64,000 nt of DNA from Lingula anatina. Taxonomy: Eukaryota; Animalia; Brachiopoda. Each line of letters begins with the position of its first letter. The stretch's first letter is position 1. The notes below the pieces were generated by a model, which searched no databases, had not been told where the DNA came from, and saw only the letters and a program-made list of their open reading frames with translations. Below are positions 38,426-51,232 of the stretch, in pieces. The DNA lies in NCBI GenBank assembly GCA_051362555.1, contig CM120647.1, positions 2,914,001 to 2,978,000 of the forward strand, in the 5' to 3' direction. The position numbers were made by a program, and so were the translations under genes.

Positions 38426-40094
38426 GATTAAATTATCCATTTTTATTACTGACCAAATTTTTCATGGGTTACGTTGGTCTTGGAGCTGGTCTTAAAAATA
38501 TACATCTTCATTAATTTTTCACAAAACGCCTCGTTTTGTAAATTTTTTTTGAAAACATGAAAAATAAAGGCTATCAAAATTCACGTTAATTAATTTTTAG
38601 ATAATCCCCATTTCCCGTAGAACGCACATAATTTATCTAAGCAAAACACTTCAATGAACTTGAAATATCTTCAGGACGCATTGTGCCGTTTACAGCGCCA
38701 ACACGGTTTGATGCACTTAACTCTTTAGCACAGAAATACAAAGCATGCGATTCCTAGTGTATTGATTTTTCAAGGTGTTCCATTTACTTCCAGTGTCTTC
38801 AAAGCAATTCGTCATTTCAATTCTCTTAAAGTATTGTATTGGCTGTTTTGAGGCATGCCATGGAGTTCAATAAAACTGAGAAACCATTGCCATCTGCTGT
38901 TAGCTTTGCCAATACAGGTGCCTGCGTCTATGTGCGTTCGAAGTCATCTCGTTCTCTTGGTTTCCAGAAATCCTGGCAACGTGTTCCTTGTTTCCTTTGT
39001 AAATATTACAACAGTTTGGCAAATGAGTATATACATGTAGTTTTACCTGTGAGTGTGAGAATATACGTGTATGTATATGCATTCAGTGGACTAGATCTCC
39101 AAGAACCATTGTCAATTTTGAATAAATGCCCTTTTCATCTTATCCTTCCCATTGGCCATGACTAGTAAGCCTATTTCTAGGCCAGTACACGTTATTGCTG
39201 TGTGAGGTAAGTATAGAAGAAAGGGGAAAGAAAAAATACAGTAGGCGAAGTGAAGCCGTTACCTGGTGATGTGGAAACTATATGCATAAGTCAGGCTTTT
39301 TAACATGATCTTAACATCTATTAGAAAACAGCCTCTGTACTGTGCAAGAGACATCAATCAATACAGAATTCTTTTAGACTTCTCTTTATCTAATTCGATG
39401 ACTTTTTCATCATTAGTACGTTGCTTATTCAACACCTCTGCAATCACAGTGGTTTTGATTGATACTGAGTATACGTGGCTATAATAGGAGACAAGAGCCA
39501 TTAGCTTACATGAATACAAATTAACATGTCCTTTTTCTGTTCTATATTCCAAAGTATACACATCCTCACGCTGTGGATTGACTCGCCCATAAGCTTTAAT
39601 ACGGTAATAATTCAAAGTGCCCTGAGTGGGATAACCCAGGCCATTAGAGATGTGAGTCACCATTCGTTATGAAGTCACCGCTAACATAAAGACAGTCATT
39701 GAGACGTTGTCTTTTATTTTAATTTCAATTTGCTAAGTTCTAGACGTTTCTGTGTTAACTGTGTGTCATTGCGCACTTATTCAGTCAACAAAGACGTCTT
39801 TGTACCCGGGGAAATAAGGCATGTACTACTCCGAGTACGGGCCTCTAATGACACAAATAAAGCATCTATTACTTCTAGTGCTGCGCTCAAATTACACAAA
39901 TATGAATTAGTGAAAGTAAGCGTCTCACAAACGACGAGACAAGTTGACAAATTTTAATGTCTATAAAAGTCCAATAAACGGTAAAGCCAATTTAAAGAAA
40001 TTATCTTAAACTGTTACATTGTGTAAAGTTAAGACAATGAACGTTAAGTGCAATATGCATGTATACCTCTGCGTTCCTTTTTAAAATCTTAAAA

Positions 40095-40292
40095 GATAAC
40101 AATTAAACTCTAAGACTTGAAGTCACCATTTGTCAAATAGGTAGCCAACGAAGATGGTACAGGATTGGTGTAATGTACGCCGGCCTATTTGCCTTGCATA
40201 AGAATCTAGCACATGCTTTTTAAACGGACTTGAGTTTTTATGGTAGTCTGGAATGCCAACAAGTAGACTGTTACAGTAGTCAAGGCGAGAAC
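40095..40292 (-). mobile_element. Degraded L2-clade LINE ORF2 C-terminal fragment
   Basis: SRLDYCNSLLVGIP, then after a frameshift KLKSV*KACARFL....AYITPILYHLRWLPI*Q, matching the L2-type SRLDYCN...LQ..QN.AAR...HITP.L..LHWLP motif. Confidence 0.85.
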
Positions 40293-40349
40293 AGTTTTGA
40301 TCTATTTTCGCCACCAGCCGCGATCACAAGTATTAATTTGGTTAGAATA

Positions 40350-40500
40350 TTTAATAATAATTATAAGTTTATTGAGCACTAAATTATATGAATACATTAG
40401 CAGGCTCACTAGACTACATTATATACATAATATATAAGGATATACATTTATATATGTTTACATATGTAGAATAATAAATTACAATTGTTAATGTTATACT
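40350..40500 (-). mobile_element. Possible LINE/SINE 3' tail
   Basis: Minus strand ends GTGCTCAATAAAC followed by TTA-type repeats; loosely similar to 48899-49085. Confidence 0.35.
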
Positions 40501-43260
40501 ATAAAATTAATTAATTATATTATTATTTGAGTGGGGGTTAAGATTAGACTATTCTGCACTTGCCAATGTAAATCGATTTTTTGCTTTCGCCAAATTCTGA
40601 ATAGATTATTCAATATTGTGTGCAACCTCTAGATTTTATGAATTGGCATTGCACTTAGACAAAATCATTGGTTTTATATTGGCATTTTGATCTACGCAAA
40701 TGTTTAAAGTAAAAACACGGTTTCCGCCAGCTACTAACGGTCTATCGCATTGAGGCCAAGCTAAATATTCCAATATACTTTGATTAGTTATCAAATCTGA
40801 TCACAATTCTCATATATTCTATGGGAAGTTGCTCATTTATCTGTTTATACTTTCCATGTTTTAATACTTCTAATACATACTACTGTTCAATTTTGTTTAA
40901 AATCGATATGCTCAATGACCCATGAATTATTCCGTTGACATCCTGTGCGAGTTTACAGATAACTACACAGATATCCCGACACTTACAGTCAAATTACATC
41001 GATCATTTTCCAGACTATTATTTCAAAGAAAATATCCCAAAGGATGGTAGCCAGTGAAGGTCAGATAACACAACACCTCAAGAGAATCATACAATCGCCG
41101 TAATTAATGTCCGCTGCCAGTGGTGTGGCCTTTGTTTCAAATATCCTCGACAAGGGGTCAGTTATGGCCACAAGGCGGTCAAGTGGTCAATTTTGTAATG
41201 TTTTCTGTAATCCGCCTTTGTTTTACTATCATGCACATTAAGCCCAGAACCATACCAAACAGGCGCTCATCTCAGACTAAATTGCCGCGCGGTTACTTCC
41301 CGTACCCCATGTAATAGTAAAAGAACAGTCTGCTGACCGAGACATATTGATCCCCCAGTAATCCCCCTAGAAATCCCAGTAATCAGATACACGCTGAGGA
41401 AAGAACTAGAAAATAGCCAGATCAAAGGTAGGGGGGCTCCAGCTATCATGTTTGACCGATTGGTCCTTTGTGAGCTCTGATTGCAGTGGATATTTCTCTT
41501 TTGATGTTAATATATTTAGTGAAACATTTGAAACAAAATGGTTAGACAGCGGGTAGACAAAGAGGAGCATCGTTTACATTGGTGGTGTTTACAGTGAAGA
41601 GAGTTAATACAATGACGGAAGGCGGACTAGTGTATTCATGCAACTGATGCATCAGCAATCATTTTTACTTGTAAGCCAACAATGGCATTGCTGCGTTGAA
41701 ATAGGCTTTGCATTTTCTCTTGTGTAATGATAATAAAAATAAATCGCTTCTAAAGAATCTTTTTTTTTTATTCAGTTGTGCGTCAGTCTTGTGATCACTC
41801 GTGCCACGCTTTCTCTCTTTAAAAACGATCTCCTTATTATTAATATCATAGTTATTCCTATCCACTCTTTCCACGTGCATTTGGATAACCACAGCCGCAC
41901 ACGCGCATGCACGCTCAATACACCGTTTATTACTAACATACTTTTGTAGTGGCTCTGTGTCACGCTCACATGTGAACATTGGATAGGTTTATCAGCTGAC
42001 TGTCAGTCAAAGTTAAAACGTCATAAACCGTCCGGGTTTGTATGTACAATTAACGTCACTTTACCCTAGCATTACGTCATGTTGATCGATCACCACGTGA
42101 GCTTGATGGCATGAGCATGTGCTCTTTAAAACCTTGGTGCTGACACTGGGCACCCCGTGTGTGAAGGGCAGACATGACTCAGAGCTACAACTTTGAAATC
42201 AGTCCCCATAGAATATGTGTCAACATGCATTTCTCTAGCGTATGTCTACATGCATAATTTAGCTCTGGCTTCCCTTTCCAAACAAGAATACTGCATGGTG
42301 GAGGATCATATGAGCCTTCCTGAAGGCTGGCAAGGAATGAGAGGAGTCTGTGAGTTGACATCCAGGTTCCAGAGAGTCCGACATGTACGTGCCCCAGCGG
42401 GAGACTGCCATGGGTTGAACTGACACTGTTGAAATACATAAGTTTTATTGGCCCAATTAAACCATTAGTGAAAATGCGTAAATATCACTAGTGAGTGCCA
42501 GGCAAATTAAATGGGTGTGCCATAGCGTCGGTGTTTAGCATTTTGGAGAATAAATCATACCGCCCTAAGAGACCGAAATAAGTTAGTTTAAATCCTGGTA
42601 TTTCAATTAACCCACTATATTCATTAAATGAACAATTAACCAGATTACTCCGTATGTATATGAGAACACGTGGACGCTTCCCAAGTTGTAAACGGCGCCA
42701 GTCAAAACTGAGTCACTTACTGACAAGACATGGTGGGGTTCTGATACTTATCAAATACATTCTTGGGGAACTGGAATATGTTTACTTCCAGTATGTAGGA
42801 AGTATACAGATAACGTGTCGTTTTGCAACCGCGTTTGTCAGAAAAACGCTAATTGTAATATTGACTATTTTCATTACACAAAGAGAATCAAGCATCAGCC
42901 CTGGTCGTGAAGTGCTGGACACAGTTGTCTGGCAGTCTATCCACAGTTCATGTGTGCACATCCTAGGGATAACTCAGGGGAATGCTTGCCTTGCACATGC
43001 TGTGTTTTAAACAAAAGGCTACCTGATAAAGAATGCAAGTGACGAAAATACTGATGCAATATTAAAGCAAATTCTTTATAAGATTATTCATTCGGAGATT
43101 TGTAATTGAAATAATGAAAACCGAAAACAAAAAATATAAATAAATGTATTCTAAATACTCGAGCCTGCCGTCCACCCGCTTACGTTACAGCACAGGTCAC
43201 AGCTGACCGTCCTCCAGCGCCACACCGAGCTAGTCACTGTACCAAATCAGTATTATGGTG

Positions 43261-43475
43261 CATTCCCAGAGATTTAGATCGATCCAGGGATTAAGATTTA
43301 GATCGACCTAACTCCCTGGGGGTTCACGCTAAATTGCAGTCAGCCGAGCGCGCACCATAGATAATTACCCCTTTACAGCTTTTAGTAGGCGGAACAGACG
43401 CTTAAGCCGGCTAAGCTGACAGTAATCTAGTGAGACTCCCCACAGGGATAGATCGATCTAAAATCTATGGAGATG
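43261..43475. mobile_element. MITE-like foldback element with imperfect ~55-bp inverted arms
   Basis: Left AGATTTAGATCGACCTAACTCCCTGGGGGTTCACGCTAAATTGCAGTCAGC; reverse complement of the right arm AGATTTTAGATCGATCTATCCCTGTGGGGAGTCTCACTAGATTACTGTCAGC. Confidence 0.65.
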
Positions 43476-45726
43476 GGGTCATAGAGACCAAAAATAACCA
43501 TGCAATTGTCTTTGTAACAGTCAATAATCAGTTGCTCTATCAGCAGAATAAACAAAAACCAACTTAGATTTCCATAACAGCTTTATACCTTCTATCGGCG
43601 TTCCTCGTATATCTTCCCACTATCAGCCCTCTTAATATCTCTCAAATACTCGAATTATAATGTACAATGTGTACTATCCTCTGACTACATGGTAAGTCTA
43701 GAACCACGCGACACCATAAGGGGCGGTAGCGCTGGCATCGAATATCCTCTAAAGATTTTTCAAGATCCAAATGAGGGTCCTTGTCCGGTAATAATGTGGA
43801 AGTCATTGACGTCAGAGGGCCACTGAAGGAAAGCCTGACTGGAGTGAGAAAGGGCAGGTGGACCTCTCATATAGGGTAGACTTAAGATGCATTCAGTGCG
43901 GAAAAAATACAGATCCTCGCTTCATTTATTTCATTGAAATGCCAAAGAATTCGACCTAATTAACACTACTGCCCTGCCCTTCGCTAACGCTTAAGTTAAT
44001 TATAAGAGCCACATCTGAAGTTCCATTCAAACAGTATGTATAATTACTTACTTGAGAAAACCCCATCAGCTCTATTCCTTTCTAAATGCAGTTCATATTT
44101 TAGTCAGCGCGTACTCTGAGGAGAGGAGAGGCTGGCAGCAGCAGAATGTATATGATGCCCCGATATAATTTCCCACCACCTTTCGCCTATAGATCACCCA
44201 ATCACCAAGCACTTGTAATAAACAGGGATATAACAATTATATTAATATCTTCTGAATAGCTGGCTAATTATGGGTAAGGATAAAACAGTTATATTAATAG
44301 CTTCTGAATAGCTAACATATTGTGTATATTGCCTATTTGTTAAGGCCCCTAGTAATATGGGAAAACGATCGGCATGACAAACATTTTTAAAATCATTCTT
44401 TTACAGTCATATCCCTCGTGCGTCACTACCAACAGGACTGTCAGATGTCCCCTCTGTCACTAGCTTTATTCTGCATGTCTTGATAGCGTAATTAATTTGT
44501 CAAAACTATGAAGGAACCCCCCTAACCACCTACACGTATATCAAACATTGTGCCTTTTGGGTGGATAACAATTGACATGGAAGTTTCTAATAGTGTAGGC
44601 TACAGAAGCACGTTGACAGAACAGGTCAAGTTGTCACTGACCTCTGACACACCTGGTGGACATCAGGCAGCTACATACCACCATCAATATAGGGTCTAAG
44701 ATCGACCCCTATCCTTTAACCCATAGAAAGACCTCAAACTTTGGTGTTACTTGCAGCAATTTCCCCATTGTATTGCTGCATTATCTTGCTTTCAAATTGT
44801 GCTGTGAAAACATCACCAGATGGAAAGTTTTACAACTCGGCAACCGTCGTAATAATTAATAACTTGAATTTGGCAGTGCCATCACAGTGTTAGTGAATGT
44901 TTAATTGTATACTACATTTATCTCCTAATTGTACAATAAACATTGCACATCTCGCGCGGTCACTGATGCTACTTAGTATAAAATAACTAAGCTATGGTGA
45001 AAGATTTCAAAATAAGTGAATACTAAGACTTCTGGAAAGACAGCGCGGCACCATAGGTATCAGGTATACAACCGCGCACCTACACTACGTGTAACCTTCA
45101 TACCCTACACTTCACTTCCAACATGAACTGGTATTCTCAGCTTAACAACATCAACATTCGTATTCGTTTTCACGCTCGAGCAGTACCTACATGTTATATG
45201 TACCTAGAGGTGCCTCCACACCACGCTCTTACCTTACAACCTGTCTTTTACACACTGGACTCAAAAGTCACATAAGAAACGCCATCTTCAAACTCGCATT
45301 AACTGGTCATTACATGCTGTCCCTTCGATCGAAACGTTTGCTATGAACGACGGAGCGGTTTCCAGGCAATCTTGCCTCGAACGCCTGCTAAAGTATCGAT
45401 CCAACTAATCCTCTGCTCTGTTCACAGCCTGATGCAAGATAATGGATGCAGAGAGACTGGGAGCCAAGGCCTCGGGAAAATCGAAGCGTCCCTGGAGAGT
45501 AATTAAGTACTGGCTTTCTGCCCGGGTAACGATCGGATATTTCCTATCATAATTTTAAGTGGTAGTTTCGAAGGGATTAATATCGACGATATGACAAATT
45601 AAAGAGATGAGGAAAGAATGAAAAAATGCACGTAACCTATGTTTTAAATGCTTGAACTAAATGTTTCAATTGGAGCTCTAAGTGTTTTCGTATCTGAACC
45701 ACCTGGTTTAACAGAGACAGTAAGTG

Positions 45727-45731
<5 letters not shown>

Positions 45732-45767
<36 letters not shown>
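45732..45767. repeat. (GA)18 microsatellite
   Basis: Perfect dinucleotide run. Confidence 0.97.
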
Positions 45768-45770
<3 letters not shown>

Positions 45771-46954
45771 TACTGACAACAGGGGATTTTGGTTGTGACA
45801 AACAATCACAGACAATCGAAAAAATATATATTGAAATGTCCATGTTTGCACAACATAAAAACTTTCCACATCTTTCTTCCAGTGTTCTCCCCAGTCGTGA
45901 AGATCAAGGCGATCAGTCATGGGTAGCCACAACAGACCTGATTTAGACGTCAACGCATTGCCTCGGGTCTCTGGGGCCAGAAGACAAGCAACGTTTTCAA
46001 ATAGATAGCTCAATTCTCAAAGTGCTCAAGAGACAGATGAATAATTACATAAAAGAAAAAAAAGGAGCAAAGTGAGTTAATACATCAATGCATACACGCA
46101 TGACTGAGCGATTGAGAGAAGGAGGGGATCATTCTTATGTCAATGAAGTTTTAGTCAGGCACTGACTTCTTTGAGTCATTATCGATGTATACAGTGATAG
46201 CCGTTATGGGTCCTTGCTGCGCAATTGCTGGAAGATTTGTTTGTCTGCGAAGGTTGAATGTTATGTTTAATAATATTAGACCGGTTAGAACAAAGAAATT
46301 GGATTGCACATGAAAATTGATGTTCTTTTAAAGCAATTGATGGTTTCATCTTGATATCACAATATCCGTCTATGGTGTAATATTCCTATATGTATCTATT
46401 ATTGCTGGTCTTACTGGAAATCTGTTTTGTATTGTGCATATTTGTAACCAGTCACGTCCGAATGGACAGCGAGCAGCTATTAAATACATATACTTTACTT
46501 ACGTTCTAACTTCATCAATGTTCAGTTTATTGGTGTTTGAGTTTATAAGATGTCATTACATTAAGATACATTATGCATTCGCAACTTAGATAAATTGGAA
46601 AGGATGCTGATTTGATTTCCCGGAATTAAAGATTCATTGTTTTCAAGGAAACCAAATACCACATTCAACTATCATCTGTGCTATGGCATTCATTTTGTGA
46701 TGTCGTTTATGCTCAAATAATAGTTCATGTGCACGTATGTTTTATTATCCGCCACCCTCCACCTGAGTCTAATGGCTTGGTGCGCCTATCATTTAAGAAG
46801 ACAAAAGACAGACAGATTACAGATAAGTGACCATGGTCATTTAGCGACGACGCACTTTGCAAACTGCACGCGGAGCCTGCCGAGGGGTCAGTTCTTGAAC
46901 ATCTGGAAAGTTTAAAATATCACACTCTTCACGAGCAACGATCACATTGTCACC

Positions 46955-47104
46955 GGCAGGTCATCCAGAGCCCCAGACCTTCGGGCAGGTCACTCCCCCC
47001 AGACCTTCAGGCAGGTCATCCAGAGCCCCAGACCTTCAGGCAGGTCATCCTGAGCCCCAGACCTTCAGGCAGGTCATCCTGAGCCCCAGACCTTCAGGCA
47101 TGTC
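46955..47104. repeat. GC-rich minisatellite, 29-bp unit GGCAGGTCATCC(A/T)GAGCCCCAGACCTTCA, about 5 copies
   Basis: Five tandem units; the second is shortened. Confidence 0.95.
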
Positions 47105-48209
47105 GAATTTGCCTTTTACAACGAACAAGGTCCCCTGCCTAATACTTTTACTATTGATTATATAAATCTTTCGTGGTGAACTTTGGTGATTGCAAAACAA
47201 TTTGATATCTACGGTTCAAGGAAATATCAATAAAATACACTTTGCAAATTCTGGAGTCGCCGTCATGAAGCACGGTGGAGAGGACGGTGACTATGTGTAA
47301 GTTATTCAAATAACATAGACTCTTTTTTTACGAGCATACGCTGATTGCTATAAATGTCGGGAGAAGGAATGAGATTTTCTATCCTGAGTTAAGTTCATCA
47401 CCCCCACCCCCTCCCCCGACCCTACTTGTCTTGTTTTAATAAAATGAAAATTCATGTCATTGTGAGCCACATCGTGTGTCTATGTAACTTGTAAATAAAT
47501 ACTGCGTAATTTATTGTACATATGACTTTAAATTTCTGACAAAAGGATGACACCCAGCCCCCAAACATTTATTTTTAGTCTATTAAAATTTGAGTCGTTA
47601 AATGTATTTTTCTTGCTAAAATTATTTGTTCTTTTTACTAAGCGTCTCACATTATGAACAAATCTTGCGCGTACTAGATACATGTCTACATGTATAACAT
47701 TGTCTGCTACCTCTGTGGTTTTGTTTTCCTTGTGTTTCATTTTTCTCTCTGTTCGCGTTCCAGTAGTCTTATAATGAATAGTGATACTACAGTTTTTCGC
47801 TTCACTATTGAAAGCATTACTGCAGAGAAATCGATATTCTTACGAGATTCACATTTCTTTCTTCTAATTTCCTGTAAATGTCAATCTGAATGCTTATTGA
47901 TGATAAAAAAATACAATGCCATTGTGAATTCAACAAAGGGAGAATTATGTTACCTTTCCTTCTTGATTCAGAGGCAATGTCAAGCTAATGCTGTTCGTCA
48001 CTTATTAGAACTAAATACAGGCAAGTTGTGTTCAATATACATTTTACTTCTACACATTTCCAGTATAAAATCACAAAGACGGAATCCCCAAGTGAACATC
48101 GGAGCAGACCTCAATATATATTATTTTTTTCCATTTAAACAAAACTAAGTGCTTTGTGATGTTCATCACGAGAACACAGTTGTGGAAGAACGAGATTAAC
48201 TAGCGCTTT

Positions 48210-48233
48210 GGGGGGGGGGGGGGGAGGGGGGGG
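48210..48233. repeat. Poly-G tract
   Basis: Run of G interrupted by one A. Confidence 0.9.
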
Positions 48234-48898
48234 TTCATCTAACGGTCTCATTAAAAACGCCTCGATTTGTATCGACTTACGTTCCTCAGGCCAAAGTTTA
48301 CTATATTTTGAGCTTGAGGGGTGTGTGAGAGAGCAAAATTTGGCAATCACCCTCCCAGCTCCTGGACGACATATTATATATTATATTATATGTAGTACAC
48401 ACTCGTCGGGACTTCATGCGTAGTAATACACAATAAAAACAACACACTTTCAGTGATACAAAGGTTAGAAAAAAGCAATAAGATACCAAACAACAACGCT
48501 TTTGTTTATTTCCAGACAAAAACTCTGTCACAATTTCCGCAAGGATATGCAGTTAATAAAACGCACCTGTTACACGACGTTCTTTGAAAAGGTATGAATT
48601 CAAAGACAAATACATCATTTAAACACTACCCTGCTCATTGATGTTCATGCTAGAGCTGCATTGTAACTCGGTTCTAAAGAACAATTTCCGCTCTTTAAAT
48701 GCAACCCTTTCAGTGTAGCACATACATCCCACGTGCTCTATTATTTCTTTTCGATATTTTTGTTAGAGATTTATAACTTCCTTGTTTGCAAATCGTGTTC
48801 ATTCCAGCATATCCGCTCACTAACTACTTTGAAATTTACTTTTGTTTGAAGATTTGTAGATCCGCGTGGAAATGTTTAGGCACATGCCTGGACTTTAT

Positions 48899-49085
48899 AT
48901 AATAATAATAATAATTTATTCGAGCATTAAATGTGGCAGTTACATTTGTTAGCCCTCTATACTACAAATATATAAATAAATAAATAGTTATACATCACTA
49001 TGGATTACTACTAATACAGTGTTTAAGATTATTAATTACAGTGTATACGTTGTTTAAATTACTTATTACAATTGTAAATAGTTCA
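48899..49085 (-). mobile_element. Possible LINE/SINE 3' tail
   Basis: Minus strand ends ATGCTCGAATAAA followed by (TTA)n; shares TACATT...ACTACA...TTACAATTGT blocks with 40350-40500. Confidence 0.35.
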
Positions 49086-51192
49086 ATACACTGAGGGAAC
49101 ACACATTTTCTTTGATAGGCTTATAGCTATATGTAGCTAATTTATGGCACTTAATGATTGAGCATTTCTTTGTCTGTTTAGATTGTCCACTGGACGTAGT
49201 CGGTTTTTACACAGATGTCTATAAAATGCAAAACTGTCGTCTAGCAGTTATTCACCTCAGTTGAACTTCGCAAATATTGAGCATAATTTCTTATCATATT
49301 GCAATAATTAAATCTTTCAGATCAAAATAATTATGTTCACTATGTAGACACCATGTAATCTTTTACAAAGGCAGGTCAATTGCGGTTTTCGTGCATTGTT
49401 TATGACCTTCTCATCAATACTGCTTGCACGTACATTTCTTCTACATGAAAGATAGAACGAACTCCAAAGATTTTTAATCCAAAATTTTGTCCAGATTTGT
49501 AATAAGGATACAACCTTGAAAATGTTGAAACCGACCGGGAGACGGTCCACAGTCCTGAGCGGTCAGGCAGCCAGCTGTTATCTGCAGGTCTACTGACCCC
49601 AGGTGGCGGCTGAACTCTGCCATAACAGCAGAAACTGTCCGCGAAATTACAGATCAATCAGCAAAAAAGCATTATGACCTCACTTCAGTTAAACCTTTTA
49701 TTATGCAGGCTGTCATTGCTGCCTACATAGGAAAGCTTTTAGCATTCTGTAATGCTTGGAACACAGTGCCCTTATCTGTCCGCTGTATCAAAGAATTAAT
49801 ATACATTAGTATGGTATCCGGTACCACAGGTAATAACACTTAAACACTTACACCCATAACTAACGACATAATATAAAGCATATTCGTTCAGTTAAAGTAC
49901 TATCAATTCAGATCTTCAATCAAATGACAGCGTTTCAAATAAATTGACAGATCAAAACACAATACCTTTGAAATGCTCGGAATACTGCCAGTGTTGGTGC
50001 GTCTCTAATTACAAATAATGGGCCATAAACAGAAACATTAATATAAGTGTTTGCCGAGCCTACTTCTTACCACCGCCTACATAATGGACCAGCCACAAAC
50101 CGCATGCGTTCCAAATCAAGACAAACATAACCCCAAGACCGCAGAGGCAGTCTACCAGCACTGCCTTGAGGTCTATTTGCCGAGGAACGAACTACGTTCC
50201 CTCGTTTCTTCCTTTGTCGTAACAGTCCGAATGTTGTACCTCATGACCAGCAATGACATCTAGATCTTTCACACTTATAATGGAATTGCTAGTACATCCA
50301 GGGACAGACTACCGTACAGGCGGGTACGTCTTACCCATGTTACACCGCAATGGTTAATGGCGCGTGCAGCGACTGGAAACGAGTGTAGCAGATATATGGG
50401 CGGTGTTTTAGGTGGTGGGATAGCTATTAATAGACAGGTGTGCGTTTCCCAGCTGAACTAGTTTGAACTCTTTCAAACAATCCTATCACGACAACCTTTA
50501 AATACTCCAGATGGTCTCATTTCTTGCAAAATTTTGCAGCTAGGTAATCATAACAAGCAAAAATTACGTAACAGACAAATGATAAAAACGGATCGTCTGT
50601 CAAAAATACCGTTTTATCACGAATATTTGGGAATCCTGATGATCGCGACAATCACTAGTGTTGGTGTAGCTTGGCATCATAAAAACTGGCCATATAAATT
50701 TTCCGCAAAATATAGCAAACGACGTCACGACAGACGCATGAGATTAAATAGCTAACTCAAGACCACAGAAACAGCTGATGATGCGGTAATAACTTCTTTC
50801 AAAGCTTTCGCTAGTAAACATGATATCCATTAGAAGTCGTAACTGCCACTTTAATAATAGCAAGTCTGTTTGGCCAATAAAAAAACAGTTACAGTGCAAG
50901 CTTGCTCTGTTGAACGGGTTATTTAACTTGGTTTCACATTCCAGCCATTATGAATATATTCTATCGTTTAAAAGGGTATATAAATAACATATCGCTGTAT
51001 GTTCATTTTCGTCAAGGTTGTCCAAAAACTCTCTTAACTATCATTCCTAGGTCAACATACACCCACACGTTTTACTTAGTTATAGATAGGAATACTTATT
51101 CATCACAAAAAAATAAATTTTTGTGGAAAAAATGTCACAAGTACCAGTAAAGGGGCTTGCAGCGTACACCATATATTTCTAACACAACACGT

Positions 51193-51193
<1 letters not shown>

Positions 51194-51229
<36 letters not shown>
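51194..51229. repeat. (CT)18 microsatellite
   Basis: Perfect dinucleotide run. Confidence 0.97.

Positions 51230-51232
<3 letters not shown>

Noticed and set aside
49585-49612. CTCF-like motif (CCCCAGGTGGCGG)
   Set aside because: Only a partial match, a single instance, and possibly inside repeat-derived sequence.
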